DNA from: Trypanosoma brucei
Taxonomy: Eukaryota
Length of the DNA: 64,000 nt
Reading direction: 5' to 3'
NCBI GenBank assembly: GCA_000002445.1
Contig: CH464491.1
Span: 1,600,001-1,664,000, forward strand
Shown here: in pieces, positions 31,014 through 42,500 of the stretch
Layout of the letters: the number at the start of each line of letters is the position of its first letter
Position numbering within the stretch: position 1 is the first letter of the stretch
Program-made: the position numbers and the translations under genes
The notes under the pieces: model-generated
Seen by the model: only the letters and a program-made list of their open reading frames with translations
The model's database searches: none
Told to the model about the DNA's origin: nothing

Positions 31014-32757
31014 TGAAGACTAAGGACGAGAGGAACGCACATCGGGGTAATTTAAACAAGAGAAAAGGAAAGATAGTGGAGATGAGGCTACACAGTGCAG
31101 TTTTAAAGGAAATGAAAGGTATCACTGAGGAAGTTAAAGAAGTTCACACAATTTACAGAGCGATACAGATAGATTGTTACATGAGTATCAACGGCGCTGC
31201 GTCGACCGAAGTTAGGTACGTCAATCGCATTGGTAGAGGAGGGTGATTGTGTTGCCTCTGCCAGGGTTATTTCATGTACAATAAAAAGAAGGATAAGGAT
31301 TTGTTTTTGTCTGCTCTTACATCCATCTGATATTGTGTTATTCCCCTGTCAGCATCTCTGCCCTGTCCGCGGGTAAGAGGCTGCTGTAACTAGCAGAAAA
31401 AATGGAAGATGAATCCATCGAATGTGAGTGTGCACAGTTAAAGAGGAGCGAAAACATATCAGTGGATGAAGCATGAGTGGTCCATTAGCAACAGCTCTGC
31501 TGCGGCACCACACAAGATAATGAAAAGAGGTATACCTCTGTTTCTGTTCTAGGATTTTCCGTCGATTATCGTGAGTAGTGTTGTGAAATAATCGTGGAAG
31601 AAAACGGAAGGGGGAGACGAGGAAGGATATCGGGAGAAGCTGTGACTACGGTACGCTTGAAACCAATGCCGCAGAGCGTAAAGAAAAATCCGATCACTTG
31701 AGCTACTAATATTGCGTGCATAACCCCCTTTCTCCCTTTCACCATGGTGGTGTATGCATCCCATGTCTCTTTTTTTCTTTGTTTCCCTTGTGTTGAACAT
31801 GTGTTTTTTGTGCATACGCTCCACGACGCGAGAAAGCGCTGGCGCGTAGTTCTACAAACACGTCTCGCATGACCGTTAATTACCCTTTCATCCCCCCCCC
31901 ATCCACTGCTGTTAAGATGTTCATTTTGATCCCTCAAGTTGTAAGTTTGTCTCTGCTTCGAATTTTACTAACGCATCTTTTCTTTTTACCTACGGGAACG
32001 CAAGTCAGAAGGAAATAGTACAAAAAAAAAGGGATGTAAAGCTCGTGGGAGTCTGTGCACAGAGTGTGTTTTGAGAGTACCCAGTAGGATAAACTTGTGA
32101 CTCTAATGAGTTGCGCGTAGAATTTCGGTGCGAGGACGAGAGCGCCGGGTTCTTATCTGCCCCGTTGAAGTTGTCCTTAGAGGTGCAGGTTTGGTCCCAA
32201 AGCAACACGAAATGTGTGTGTTATGCGACAGAAGGTGCGCTGCGCAAGAGAAGAGAAGAGATGAGTGCCCTATTTTAATTTTTTTTACGGACGAGTATCG
32301 GTGAGATGTACTTGCTGTCCAGTTTGTGCGACTCTAGTTAAGCCGTTGGGTTTAGAATGGGTAAATGGTGGCAAAGCAGTTGAAGTCCATCCATAATTGT
32401 GAAAAGGTGGAGGTGCGCTCCATGTCGTGAATATTGAAGGGATCGCACGAGTAACAGAGTAAGTTAAATGCTAGTCGTAATGTTTTTCTTCGTTAACGTT
32501 ACTACTTTGTACCGCTGGGTAAAGGGGGCAGATAGCCAATTAGCGGGGCTTGTATTTTCCGTGGCCACTACCGGATCTTCAACCTCTCTTTCACAACTCT
32601 CCCGAACCATATATACAATCACACGTATCTTCAAACAATAATAACCCCATGACCAAACATATGAACAGTTAGCAAGGGTGAGTGGATATTTCTCTTTAGA
32701 CACCGAACAGAAAGCAGGATACAAAAGGTCCGATAACAAAGAAAAAGGAAAAGAGAA

Positions 32758-34173
32758 ATGCCTGTGCTTCCGGAGTTCATCCCACTAGGGAAGCAAAAGG
32801 AGATGTTCGCCGTCTCCTCATGGCGTGACTCCCCGCAAGCATCAACACCTGCGCTTTCAAACGTGGCAAATCAGCCAATGAGTCCCGCTCTACTGCCAGC
32901 TGCTCAGTGCGAAAAGGATGTTGGACAACAGGGAAAGGGCCAACGTACACGAAAATCAAAAGGAAGGGGAAAGAACCAATCTTCACAGCGGCAACCTGAC
33001 GTGGAAGATTTCTTCGTCAACTTCGTTCTTCCACCTGGGATATCTTTTGCCAATATCAAGGAGGAACTGCAACTCTTTGCAACAACACCGCTGCACATAT
33101 ATGATGTTGGACCACCGCACACACTTTTGGTTAAGAAGAGCACAGGTGCAGTTGGTAATGCCGACGCGGATGTCAGCGCCGCATCCCAACAAGCCGATGG
33201 CACCGCCCCCCTCATCGACAAGGGCGTATCCAAGTGCGCTGCACATGAACAATCACCGATCCGAACACCAAACATCATGTGTGGTGTCACTGCAGACTGT
33301 AGCGGCGAGGTTGCGGGTGCAGCGATGCCTGGTATATCCCTTCCTCCATCCATCCCTGCAGAAACACTCTCAAAGGGTTATCTGATTTCACTTCTGTTCG
33401 CTGAAAGTAGCGAAGCAGAGAAGGTGAGCGAGTTACTCAAAAAGAAATGGCCGCAGTCCACAGTGACAATAGTTCCGCGTAACCGCTCGATGCTGAATGC
33501 ATCATTGGTTCTTAAGGGCCTCCCAAACCTTCCGAAAACGGAGGTTATTATTGAGGAACTTGATAAAATCATTCCACATAAGCCGTCATATATTCGCCTC
33601 CATCGTGGTGAGCGTGGGGTCTTCAAGAATGTGGTATTTATCAAGTACCCAAATCGAGAAATCGCTGAAGAGTGCAAGCTGCGGCTTGAGCGCCTCTACA
33701 TCGGATCGCGCCCGCTGAAGGTGGAATTTAAAAAGAAAGAAAAACCCGCTGCAGAAAAGGATGAGGGTATGACCTTACAGCAACTTGTTCGTGACCTACG
33801 CGTGAGCTCAGAGCATGAGGGTTTCAGATATCAGCGCAGTGATCTCAGCAAAGAAGACCTCAAAGTGCTCAAGCAACTCTGCAACTCTTATGGCCTTTCT
33901 TTCGATCTTGACGACCGCACCGTAACGGTGCGCCGTATTCTCCCATTGAGCGGGCGTCCCTCCCCAGCAATGCGTCCCGCTGCTGCCAATGGCTGTGCCT
34001 CCCACACGTTGACTGCAACAATGCCAACACCGGGAACACTGCAGCCGATGGATTTTCGGGGTATTCGCCATTGGCGGGAACTGAACAGCCAACAAGTTTC
34101 ACTGGGCATTGCACGACCGAAGGAGCCTGGTTCGGTACAACCTTTCGCTCCGGGTCGTGGTCGCCCCTTGTGA
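32758..34173 (+). CDS. RNA-binding protein with an RRM-like domain
   Basis: ATG at 32758. RNP2-like LVLKGLP and RNP1-like RGVFKNVVFIKY within a region of about 80 aa (nt about 33490-33720). The remainder is low-complexity and S/P/A-rich. Confidence 0.55.
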   Translation: MPVLPEFIPLGKQKEMFAVSSWRDSPQASTPALSNVANQPMSPALLPAAQCEKDVGQQGKGQRTRKSKGRGKNQSSQRQPDVEDFFVNFVLPPGISFANIKEELQLFATTPLHIYDVGPPHTLLVKKSTGAVGNADADVSAASQQADGTAPLIDKGVSKCAAHEQSPIRTPNIMCGVTADCSGEVAGAAMPGISLPPSIPAETLSKGYLISLLFAESSEAEKVSELLKKKWPQSTVTIVPRNRSMLNASLVLKGLPNLPKTEVIIEELDKIIPHKPSYIRLHRGERGVFKNVVFIKYPNREIAEECKLRLERLYIGSRPLKVEFKKKEKPAAEKDEGMTLQQLVRDLRVSSEHEGFRYQRSDLSKEDLKVLKQLCNSYGLSFDLDDRTVTVRRILPLSGRPSPAMRPAAANGCASHTLTATMPTPGTLQPMDFRGIRHWRELNSQQVSLGIARPKEPGSVQPFAPGRGRPL

Positions 34174-34199
34174 TTAATATAGTGACCCCACTTTAGTTG

Positions 34200-34560
34200 C
34201 AAGAAAAGTGGATGAAGAGAGGGGGTGTGGGAGCGAAGAGATGTGAAATTTGGAAAGTGAAGCAGATGTGGGGAGAAGTGTGGAGTGAAAAGATGGTGGT
34301 TCTGGAATGCTGCGCGAGGTCAACCTGACGAGTGTCCAGAGACCACCAGCAGGTCAAAGTAGACACTTAAAGAGGGACGAGTGAAACCAACGGCAACAAC
34401 GAGGTGATGGTGATATGGTGAAGGGAACCAACAAAAAGGGAACATAAAATAAAAGGAAAGAAGTAAAGGGTCAAAGGTCAGCAATCAACAGGTGAAGAAC
34501 TGTGAGAAAACGAGAAAATGAGTATTAAAGTAGGTAAGGGAAATGAAACAATAAACGTGC
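34200..34560 (+). repeat. About 360-bp purine-rich (A/G) low-complexity block immediately downstream of the RRM-protein stop codon
   Basis: The + strand is almost entirely A/G (gcaagaaaagtggatgaagagagggggtgtgggagcgaagagatgtgaaatttggaaagtgaagcagatgtggggagaag ... gaaaatgagtattaaagtaggtaagggaaatgaaac), with very few pyrimidine runs. Confidence 0.7.
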
Positions 34561-36913
34561 GTGTAAAGTGAAAACGCATTTCTTTTGCATTTCATTTGCA
34601 CATGCATTTATTGTAACATGTGTGTGCTAGGTTATTCTAACCGTCCCCAAAAAGTAGGAACACACCGCTCTTGGTCATAGATACATCTGACCGAAACCAC
34701 TGAAGTGCATCAGAGGTATCGTGAATGTACTGACCGTAGTGGTAGTGGGCCCACCAGCTATGAATCAGGTTGGTTTACTTGGTGGAGAAGGAGACAAAAT
34801 AAACGAGGGTGATGGAAGTATAACAAAACGTTGAATCGAAGGTGGGACACCGAGCCTTTTATCCTTCTCAGTTTCTCCACTGAACAATTTTTTTTTTTTT
34901 GATCCCCCTCTTTCCCTTATTATTTTGCTTGAGTTGATTTAATTCCCCTTTGAGAAGTGCTCTTTTGAGTACCATTCGTGTACACTCGGTGCCTCTTGTG
35001 ATTATTGCGCGTTTCACATCACTTCCACCACCCTCCCACACAAATTCTCTGTCTGTGGTGACTTTCTTTGTCTGTTATTTATGTTTTTGTTTTGTTTTGT
35101 TTTTGTTTCTTTTTCTGTTGTTTAAACCTTTTTTTTAGCTATTGGAAGGGACGGAAGGCTGCCGTCATTTTTCAATGGTTCTACAAGTTTTTGTGCCAAC
35201 GGTTGCCTGTTGCGGCGTCGATCACCGGTTACAATCACAACGGGGGATCTTTAGGGAGAACGTGTTATCCCTAGACTGGTGTGTGATTGCCATTTGTTTT
35301 GTTACAAGTGATTCTTATGATGTGTGATTTTCTTCCTCCTCACTGCCTTCCTTTTTTTTTTTCTTCCCTCTTCCTCCCCTCTTCCTTTGAGGTTCACTTC
35401 ATGAAGGAAATAATAACCTTAAGGGAATTTAATTGGGGATGGATAGTCTTCCATGATAATGTGCACCGTGCGCATGCACACACACTTAGCGTCTTGACCA
35501 TTTAAGCTGCCGCAGCGTTAAGGTGAACAGTGGTTTGCTCAACCAGTTGTGAAACCCAGGGTAGTTAATAGAAACCTACTGGGCACTCACCGCAGCTCAT
35601 ACGTCCCAACTCCGCCCCATCATGCGAGTTAATGATAGGAACGAAGAGATGCGTTAAATGTGACTCTTAGGGAACCACCATGTACCTACACACTGGAGAT
35701 GTTAAAGCAGTGTAAAGATTACTGGAAGAAGGTGACATATTTGAATGAATAGAACCTCTCCATTCAATCGGGAAACAGGCTATTTGTTTCCGTTTGGCAC
35801 ATCTGACGCACCATCCGTACGGAGCGGCAAGCGGTTGCAAGGAAGGTGACGGCGAGAAAAGGGAAAAAGGATAACTACATATGCTTTCGTTTGCGGCAGG
35901 CTCAGCGATCGGCATAGGGAGTCGCGTTGATTGGGAGATGTTATAACCAACCAATTGTTGAAGGGGCAAAAAAAAATTTCCGGTGGACCGAGCTCCGGTG
36001 TAAAAATAGGAAAAAATCCAGCTACCTCATTGCTCTCCCTCCCAACGTACTCGCATATATGAGTGTGAGGAAGGGGAGATGCGATTGTCGGCGTAATCCT
36101 GCTCATATTTGACGGGCACATTATTTGTGTACCGCGGTATGAATCAAATAGCAACCCAGTAGTGGTGCGTCTGAGGCAGTCCCACAAGCTAAGGGCTAAG
36201 CCGCTGTTGCAACTTTAAAGTAGCACCGACGTCACGGTGTTTGTTGTAGAATGTGAAAACAAACCGCGGCTGCAATAAATCCCTCTGTTAGATTGCATGA
36301 TCCATATTGTCAATCCCATTAAATATTAAAACCCCTGATTTTCTACAATTTGGGGCACATGCTTCAGGCTTCCAACGCCATATGTGTCGTAGGCAGCGTG
36401 AGGCTGTGACATATATACGCAGTATCTCACACAAAGTATTTCCACACTGTTAGAAGATTCCGCAAAGGACATAGTTCCGTTTGGAGGGCTAACGCCGCTA
36501 ATTATTGTGTTTTGCTGACGGAAGGATCTCCGCGCGTCCCTGTTTGTTTCCTCAACTCTTACAAATCAAGCGGGTGGGACTGTCCAGAAGAGAATGATAC
36601 TTTTACGTGACGATGTATGAGGTAAGTTTCTAGCGAAGTGTCACATCTTTGGAGTAATGCCACTGGTTTAATACTGACGTTTTGTCGCGCCGGCATCACC
36701 AATTTTTGACTTGTCTCTGCGGCGGCAGTTTTCTTTATCGTGTGTGTGTGTGTTGGGGGCGGGGGAGGCGTCAGAGGGAATGCTGTGACCAAACCGTATA
36801 CCAGCGAAGGAGGAAACAGACAGAGGGGTAGCGTAACCGTATGGTATACAAGTAATCGGTGTGGTATACAAATGTTGAGAGAGTACCATGGACGGTGCTG
36901 AATGAAGCCGCTT

Positions 36914-36926
36914 CCCCCCCCCCCCC
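36914..36926. repeat. C13 homopolymer
   Basis: cttccccccccccccccagtc. Confidence 0.9.
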
Positions 36927-37568
36927 AGTCATCTCCCGTTATCCATCTCGTTTTCGTTCCCTTTAACGACTGGTAACGCAAGGGTTTCTTCTCGTGGTCA
37001 TCTCTAAAATGGGATCGACGTTAAACTTCTCCTTCACTTCCATTCCTCATATGTCAGAGTGCTCAAGCAAAGCGCAAATATTTTTGCCTGCTTGTTTATG
37101 TTAGTACTCGGGATGTTGTGGGCTTGCGATACACTTTTCGTTAGAGGAAGAAGGCAAGCGAACAATTGGGATTAATCGCTGCTGTTTTTTTTTTAAATAG
37201 GCTGGTAAAATCTCCCAATATTCATGCAATTGCTCGTCTTATTGAACATCTGTACGGGTTTTACTTCAATTCGTGAAGCTGAGAACTGTTTTTCGTATCC
37301 TTTTCGCGCGGGGGCGTGTCATGGTCTAGTGAGCACTCATCAGGTGGTCATTTTATATTTGTATACCCAGCGCTTTTCAATGTGGTTTCTTGGGAAAAAA
37401 AACTTTTTTTTGTGAGCACTCATGCTGGTTAGCAGTTTGGGAGAATGTCCTTAACCTTGCATTGCAGGTTCCTCTGCTCCTTACTATTGGTCCTCGTTGA
37501 CCACTCAAATGGAAATTTAAAACCTTCTACTTTTGCATTTCGTTTCCTACCAATTTAGTGGCACAAAC

Positions 37569-38597
37569 ATGTGTGGGAAGGATTCATCACATGACTACAG
37601 TACACTTGTAACCGCCCTTTCACGAACAATGGTTTTCAAGCAGGACTCACACCCACGTTACGAGGGTCCTGTAGCACTGAAAGTGGCAGCAAAATCGGGG
37701 TCAGATGATCGAGGTATGCACCCGTCACTACACGAAGCGGGTGTCTACAAGCTGATATGCCCACATCCTTCTATTCCTGATTACGTTGATTGCGTGGAAG
37801 ATTGGTTCGACACGGAGCGCTTTCTAGCTGAGGAGGAGCGCCGTGGGGAGCAGCGTTTGCCTGTTCTCGTCACACAGTTTATCAAGGCAGTTGCACTTGA
37901 CCGCTTTCTTTGTTCTGTACGCGTAATTCGGTGGTCCGTGGTCATTCACATCGCTAACCAGCTCGTTGAGGTACTTAAGCACATAAACAGCAAGGGCGTT
38001 GTATATCGTGACCTCAAGCTACCCAACGTAATAATTGGAGCAGGGGGTAACGTATGGCTCGTGGACTACGCGAGTTCAATGATTGTTGGGGGTGAAGAAC
38101 CATCAAGTGGTGTAACGTCTCACATGCGTCCGCCAGAATCGTTCGAGTTCCCGGATCACCAAAGTGGGGAACAAATATCGCAAGCTCAGCTCTCTTTCAT
38201 GGCGGACTTTTGGGTGTTCGGCGCGTTTCTACTGGAAATACTCTCTGGTCGTCCATACCTTGGGTCCTTCGACGTGCGGAGTAGTCATCTAACGCAGAGT
38301 CAACTGGAGGAAAAGGTGTTGGAAGGTGTTTCCGTGATTAAGGATCGTTACAAGGGTGCATACTACAACAGACGGTTTAATAAGAGTTTTCCATGCAACG
38401 CAAAGACTTTATGGGATGCGCTTACGGGGTTGCTTATTAAATTGCTGCGGCGTAATCCGAAGGAGAGGTTAGGCCATGATGGCGGTTGGTATGCCGTCAA
38501 GCAGCAACCATTCTTCAAATATACTCTCTGTGACCTCACCGTACCGTTTCCATTGGATTATGAAGATGAAATTGAAGAGCTTATGGCCGGTTTTTAG
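37569..38597 (+). CDS. Protein kinase-like protein with degenerate catalytic motifs (probable pseudokinase or atypical kinase)
   Basis: First ATG at 37569 (the ORF track begins at TTG 37533). Catalytic-loop-like VVYRDLKLPNVII (YRD instead of HRD; nt about 38001-38036). DFG replaced by VDYASS (nt about 38058-38078). No G-x-G-x-x-G loop near the N-terminus. ALKVAAK could supply the subdomain II Lys. Confidence 0.55.
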   Translation: MCGKDSSHDYSTLVTALSRTMVFKQDSHPRYEGPVALKVAAKSGSDDRGMHPSLHEAGVYKLICPHPSIPDYVDCVEDWFDTERFLAEEERRGEQRLPVLVTQFIKAVALDRFLCSVRVIRWSVVIHIANQLVEVLKHINSKGVVYRDLKLPNVIIGAGGNVWLVDYASSMIVGGEEPSSGVTSHMRPPESFEFPDHQSGEQISQAQLSFMADFWVFGAFLLEILSGRPYLGSFDVRSSHLTQSQLEEKVLEGVSVIKDRYKGAYYNRRFNKSFPCNAKTLWDALTGLLIKLLRRNPKERLGHDGGWYAVKQQPFFKYTLCDLTVPFPLDYEDEIEELMAGF

Positions 38598-41207
38598 CTT
38601 TTGCTCCCCCTTCAGCTGCCCCGCCACCTCCTCCCCATCCCTAAACTATCTGTGGAAACCGATCTTCCTGAATGTTTATGGTATGAGTAGTAGCTTCTAG
38701 GAAGCGTCAGTTTATTTTTGAGTCATCTAACCTTTTTTTTACTTTTTTTTTTGAATGGTTTTCAAACCAGTGCCCGGCATTTTTTTTTTAAATCTGAGTT
38801 TGCAACTTCAACCGTCGTTGGTCCATTAATCGGGCATTGTTACTCGCTTCATCAACCTGTCTTGTCTCCCTGCTACTGAAGAGGATGGAGATGTTTTTCT
38901 GCTATCATTGACAGCTGTCAGAAAAAAAGAGAAAAAAGCAGCTCCCGTACTTGAATACGGTAGCATCGTCTATATAACTGCGTCGTGGTTAACGTAGGTG
39001 CGTAATATTCGTTTTTGTATAACTTTGCGTCTCTGTATGTTTGTTATCGTTGTTGATCGGTGTGTTCTTTTTCTAAGTTCCTGATCCGTGTATAGTTTCC
39101 TACTACTTTCGTTGTTGATTTCACTTGGATTTGCTCGGCGCCCCGCTTATTCAAATGTTCGCTCTGCTTCATCGTAAGTGCTGCCAAAAAGGAATAGGGG
39201 AAAAACCGAAAGGGACGCGCACAGATCGCTGTGGTCAAGCGGCTTTTGTACAAATCTGCAGCACCGCGCGCAACCCGCGGTGTTCACCGTAACATGTCCA
39301 AAAGGCTCTAAAGGGAATTGGATAAACTTTAAGCGGTTTGTTGTGATCGCACCTTTTATAACTATCGTTCAAATCGCTTTAATATGCACAATTTGTCTCC
39401 CTTATAAAAATGCAAGTGCGAACGCCGTACAAGCTACCCTAATATTTCGCCGTAGTTGCCCTCGTTTATAAACGAGTGGGTGGTAAGCTCAAATGTTTTT
39501 TTTCTTAATTACCACTTTCTCATAGTTTGTGTACACGGGTAAGGTTGAGCTTTTGTCATCCGATATTCTTTACCACTATGGGGTTGGGTGATTGGTTTGG
39601 AGGATCCAATGAACTGCGTACCCGAAACTCCTGGGAAAAAGACATTTAAGGAGCATGTTGTATTTCGCGTAGTAAGCTGTGGTGGACAGATTGCTTTCTT
39701 TAACGCGATGCAGTGGTATTTGCCGCCCTGTTTATGTGCTCGAGATGCAATTCCTGAGACGTGATCGCACCGATGTCAAGGTGGTGTTGCTACTCACAAT
39801 GACACACATGATCTTTCCCCCACAAGTTAAAATAAAAAAAAGAGGAAATACCAGTCTGAGCATTACAAGGTCGGTTGAGACTACATTCACAACTGTGATG
39901 TGTTTAACGATGTGTTCGCCGCAACGAAGTATTTGGAAACGGATAATATTTAATCTGCTACCGACGTTCGCGACTACAGCAAATTAAGGCTGCGGAATAG
40001 GAGGGAAAAATCAGGGGTACCCTAATCAGTGAGCAGGGACGCAACCACGTGGTTTTCGCGTAGGATACGTCAAATGTTGTGTTGCATTTATGAGTAGCTG
40101 CGGAAACAGTGCGTGGATTACCAAGATAAAAAGCTTCCTCATAAGTTTGCAGAAAGACCAACGACGCGTGGGCTCTATAAAACTCTAGTGAGTGCCTTTA
40201 TTATTATTATTATTTTCGCATGACATTGCGGAGGGTTGTATGTATTTTGTTGTTGACAAAGTTTTTCAGGTTCGTAGTAAACAAATGCGAGCATAACCAA
40301 CTCGAGGATGCGGTCAGCGAGGCAGTGTATCTGATAGATTGCGAAATCATGTTTTTTTTTACCGTTGCCGACAAAAATTTGTTTTATTGGCTTGTTATCG
40401 TCACGCTTTGGTGTTCGCCGTTCGTTTACTCCAACGTGCCTCGCCGTGCCGCTTTTGCCTTCTGTTAGGGACATCTGCCTATCACTTCTACACTAGATTT
40501 CGATACGGAGTTGAGGGAACCCGAATGTACGCCTTCTTTTGGACAAGGAGGAACTCCGAACTCTTAACGCGCTTGCGCCTCATTGTACCCTTATCTCAAA
40601 GATTGGTCCTGCGTTAGGTATTCAGTGTGTATATTTGACCCTGCTGTGTCTCCTGGGGACGGTGATAGCAAATAAAAGAGAAGGAAGAGGTGTACTATCG
40701 TGTGTTTATGGTATAGGGAACACATTTTCCGTCTTACGCGTGCCCTCGTTTTCCACTATATTTGTCTCTTTAATCGGAAAACGTTCGCTACCAACGCCCG
40801 CAGTTCACCCTTGTTGCACACGTTAGTGTCGTGTATTTTATTGCTTTGCTGAATTTCATGCATAACAATGGCAGCGGTGGCAATAGTTTCAGGTGAAGGG
40901 TGTCAGATGTAGGTTGTCGTGTAATGCGTTAACTCGTCCACGTACCCTCTTCAATGCACTCCGTCCTTTCCTTTTAGCTGGTGGCAACTTATTCTTTATT
41001 TAAGAAGTGCAGCAGCAAAATATATAAAAAAAAAAAGCAGGCAACCAAATAAGTGGCACACCACTCAGCTGAACACCGTGAGTGGCAAGCGAGTGTGTAG
41101 ATCAAAACAAAAATATTGTCCTTGAATAACCTAAGGCAAAGGGTAAGTGTTTGACAAGGCACTACCGGATTGTTTGTTCCGTTATTTTCCTTTTGCCGTA
41201 GTCTGCA

Positions 41208-42500
41208 ATGAGCACATCCCTCACGTCGTCCTCAACTAACGCAGTGGGGAGGGGTCGAAGGGTCACGCGTTCCCTTGTAGGTGCAAACACTACGGGAGGT
41301 GGGGTCCTACGTTGTGTATGCACTGCGTACCTCGTCTCAGTACAGGAAACACTTCTGGAATGTTGCCGATGCAGGAATTGGTGTCATCCGGCGTGCGTAG
41401 GTGTCGACCATGCGGAACTGCGGCGCTACTACACTGATAATAACTATGTTTGTCCTTTTTGTAGGGGTATGCAGAAGCGAGAACGTGGTGAAAGTCGTGC
41501 CCCAGCACCACGGCAAACACCACTGCGGCTTCGGGAGGTTCCTGATCGAGCACCCTTTGGTTTCGTGACGCAACTGCGCAACCTATTGAAAGTAACAACG
41601 CGGGCGGCACAACAGGCGGGTTATACAATTATTGACCTTCCCTCCACACCACTGACGGAGGTGATGGAGCGACAATGCCTAGAATGTTGCGCTGAGGCAA
41701 TAAAAGAGGCGACATTCTCGGAGCAATACCCGTTGTACTGCCTGAAGGAAGTTTGGACGCGCGCGCATCCATATATGCAGGGTACGTTACTCCGCTGCAG
41801 CGAATCTGGTCGGATTGTATCGATGGTTCTTTCCAACGGTATGGACGTGTATGGAAACCTTCGACCAACAATAACACAGTTGAAAAGCGGTATTAACCGC
41901 GGAATTATTGATAGAAAGCATCAGACAGCATTTATGGCGGCATGCACGAAACTGGATGATGTCTCCGACTTTGTACACATTACATTGAGCGCAACGCACA
42001 AAGATTATCAGCGGAGGGGACTTGCGCGCATGTTGATGGCGCTTGACCTACTCAAATGGGCGCTGAGAGGTCGTACGCGGGCTTACCTTAACATGGCGTT
42101 GGAAAAGAAAGTTGTGGATGGGGGGGCTCGATTGGAGTGTGTAGCTTCACCCTCCTCTCGGCGGCTATATGAATCATTTGGGTTTAGGGATGTGTATCCG
42201 CGGTTCGATCGGGAAACGGATGAACAGCGCTGGACACCAAAAGAGGCGGATATGGGCCGCGTCATGGCACACCTCAACTTTGTTGAAGATCTCGTAATCA
42301 TAGCATCACGGTACGACCCTAGTGGCAAGAAAGCAGCTGCCCCTAATCAATCGTCGATTGCTAACGACGGAAGTGCTTCGGTGGCGACGGCGGCCGACTG
42401 CGCTGAACGTGTGGCCGCCAATAGTAACAACGGCCAGGCAGCAACACAAGCACAAACGCCCGCAGGGAGACGTCTTTCTCTGTTTGGGAAGAAATCGTAA
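41208..42500 (+). CDS. PHD-type zinc finger plus GNAT-family N-acetyltransferase fusion protein
   Basis: N-terminal C4HC3 pattern: C-x-C-x13-C-C-x-C-x3-C-H-x2-C-x18-C-x2-C (RCVCTAY...ECCRCRNWCHPACVGV...YVCPFCRG; nt about 41300-41470). C-terminal acetyl-CoA-binding motif A Q/R-x-x-G-x-A in HITLSATHKDYQRRGLARMLMALDLL (nt about 42004-42040). Confidence 0.6.
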   Translation: MSTSLTSSSTNAVGRGRRVTRSLVGANTTGGGVLRCVCTAYLVSVQETLLECCRCRNWCHPACVGVDHAELRRYYTDNNYVCPFCRGMQKRERGESRAPAPRQTPLRLREVPDRAPFGFVTQLRNLLKVTTRAAQQAGYTIIDLPSTPLTEVMERQCLECCAEAIKEATFSEQYPLYCLKEVWTRAHPYMQGTLLRCSESGRIVSMVLSNGMDVYGNLRPTITQLKSGINRGIIDRKHQTAFMAACTKLDDVSDFVHITLSATHKDYQRRGLARMLMALDLLKWALRGRTRAYLNMALEKKVVDGGARLECVASPSSRRLYESFGFRDVYPRFDRETDEQRWTPKEADMGRVMAHLNFVEDLVIIASRYDPSGKKAAAPNQSSIANDGSASVATAADCAERVAANSNNGQAATQAQTPAGRRLSLFGKKS

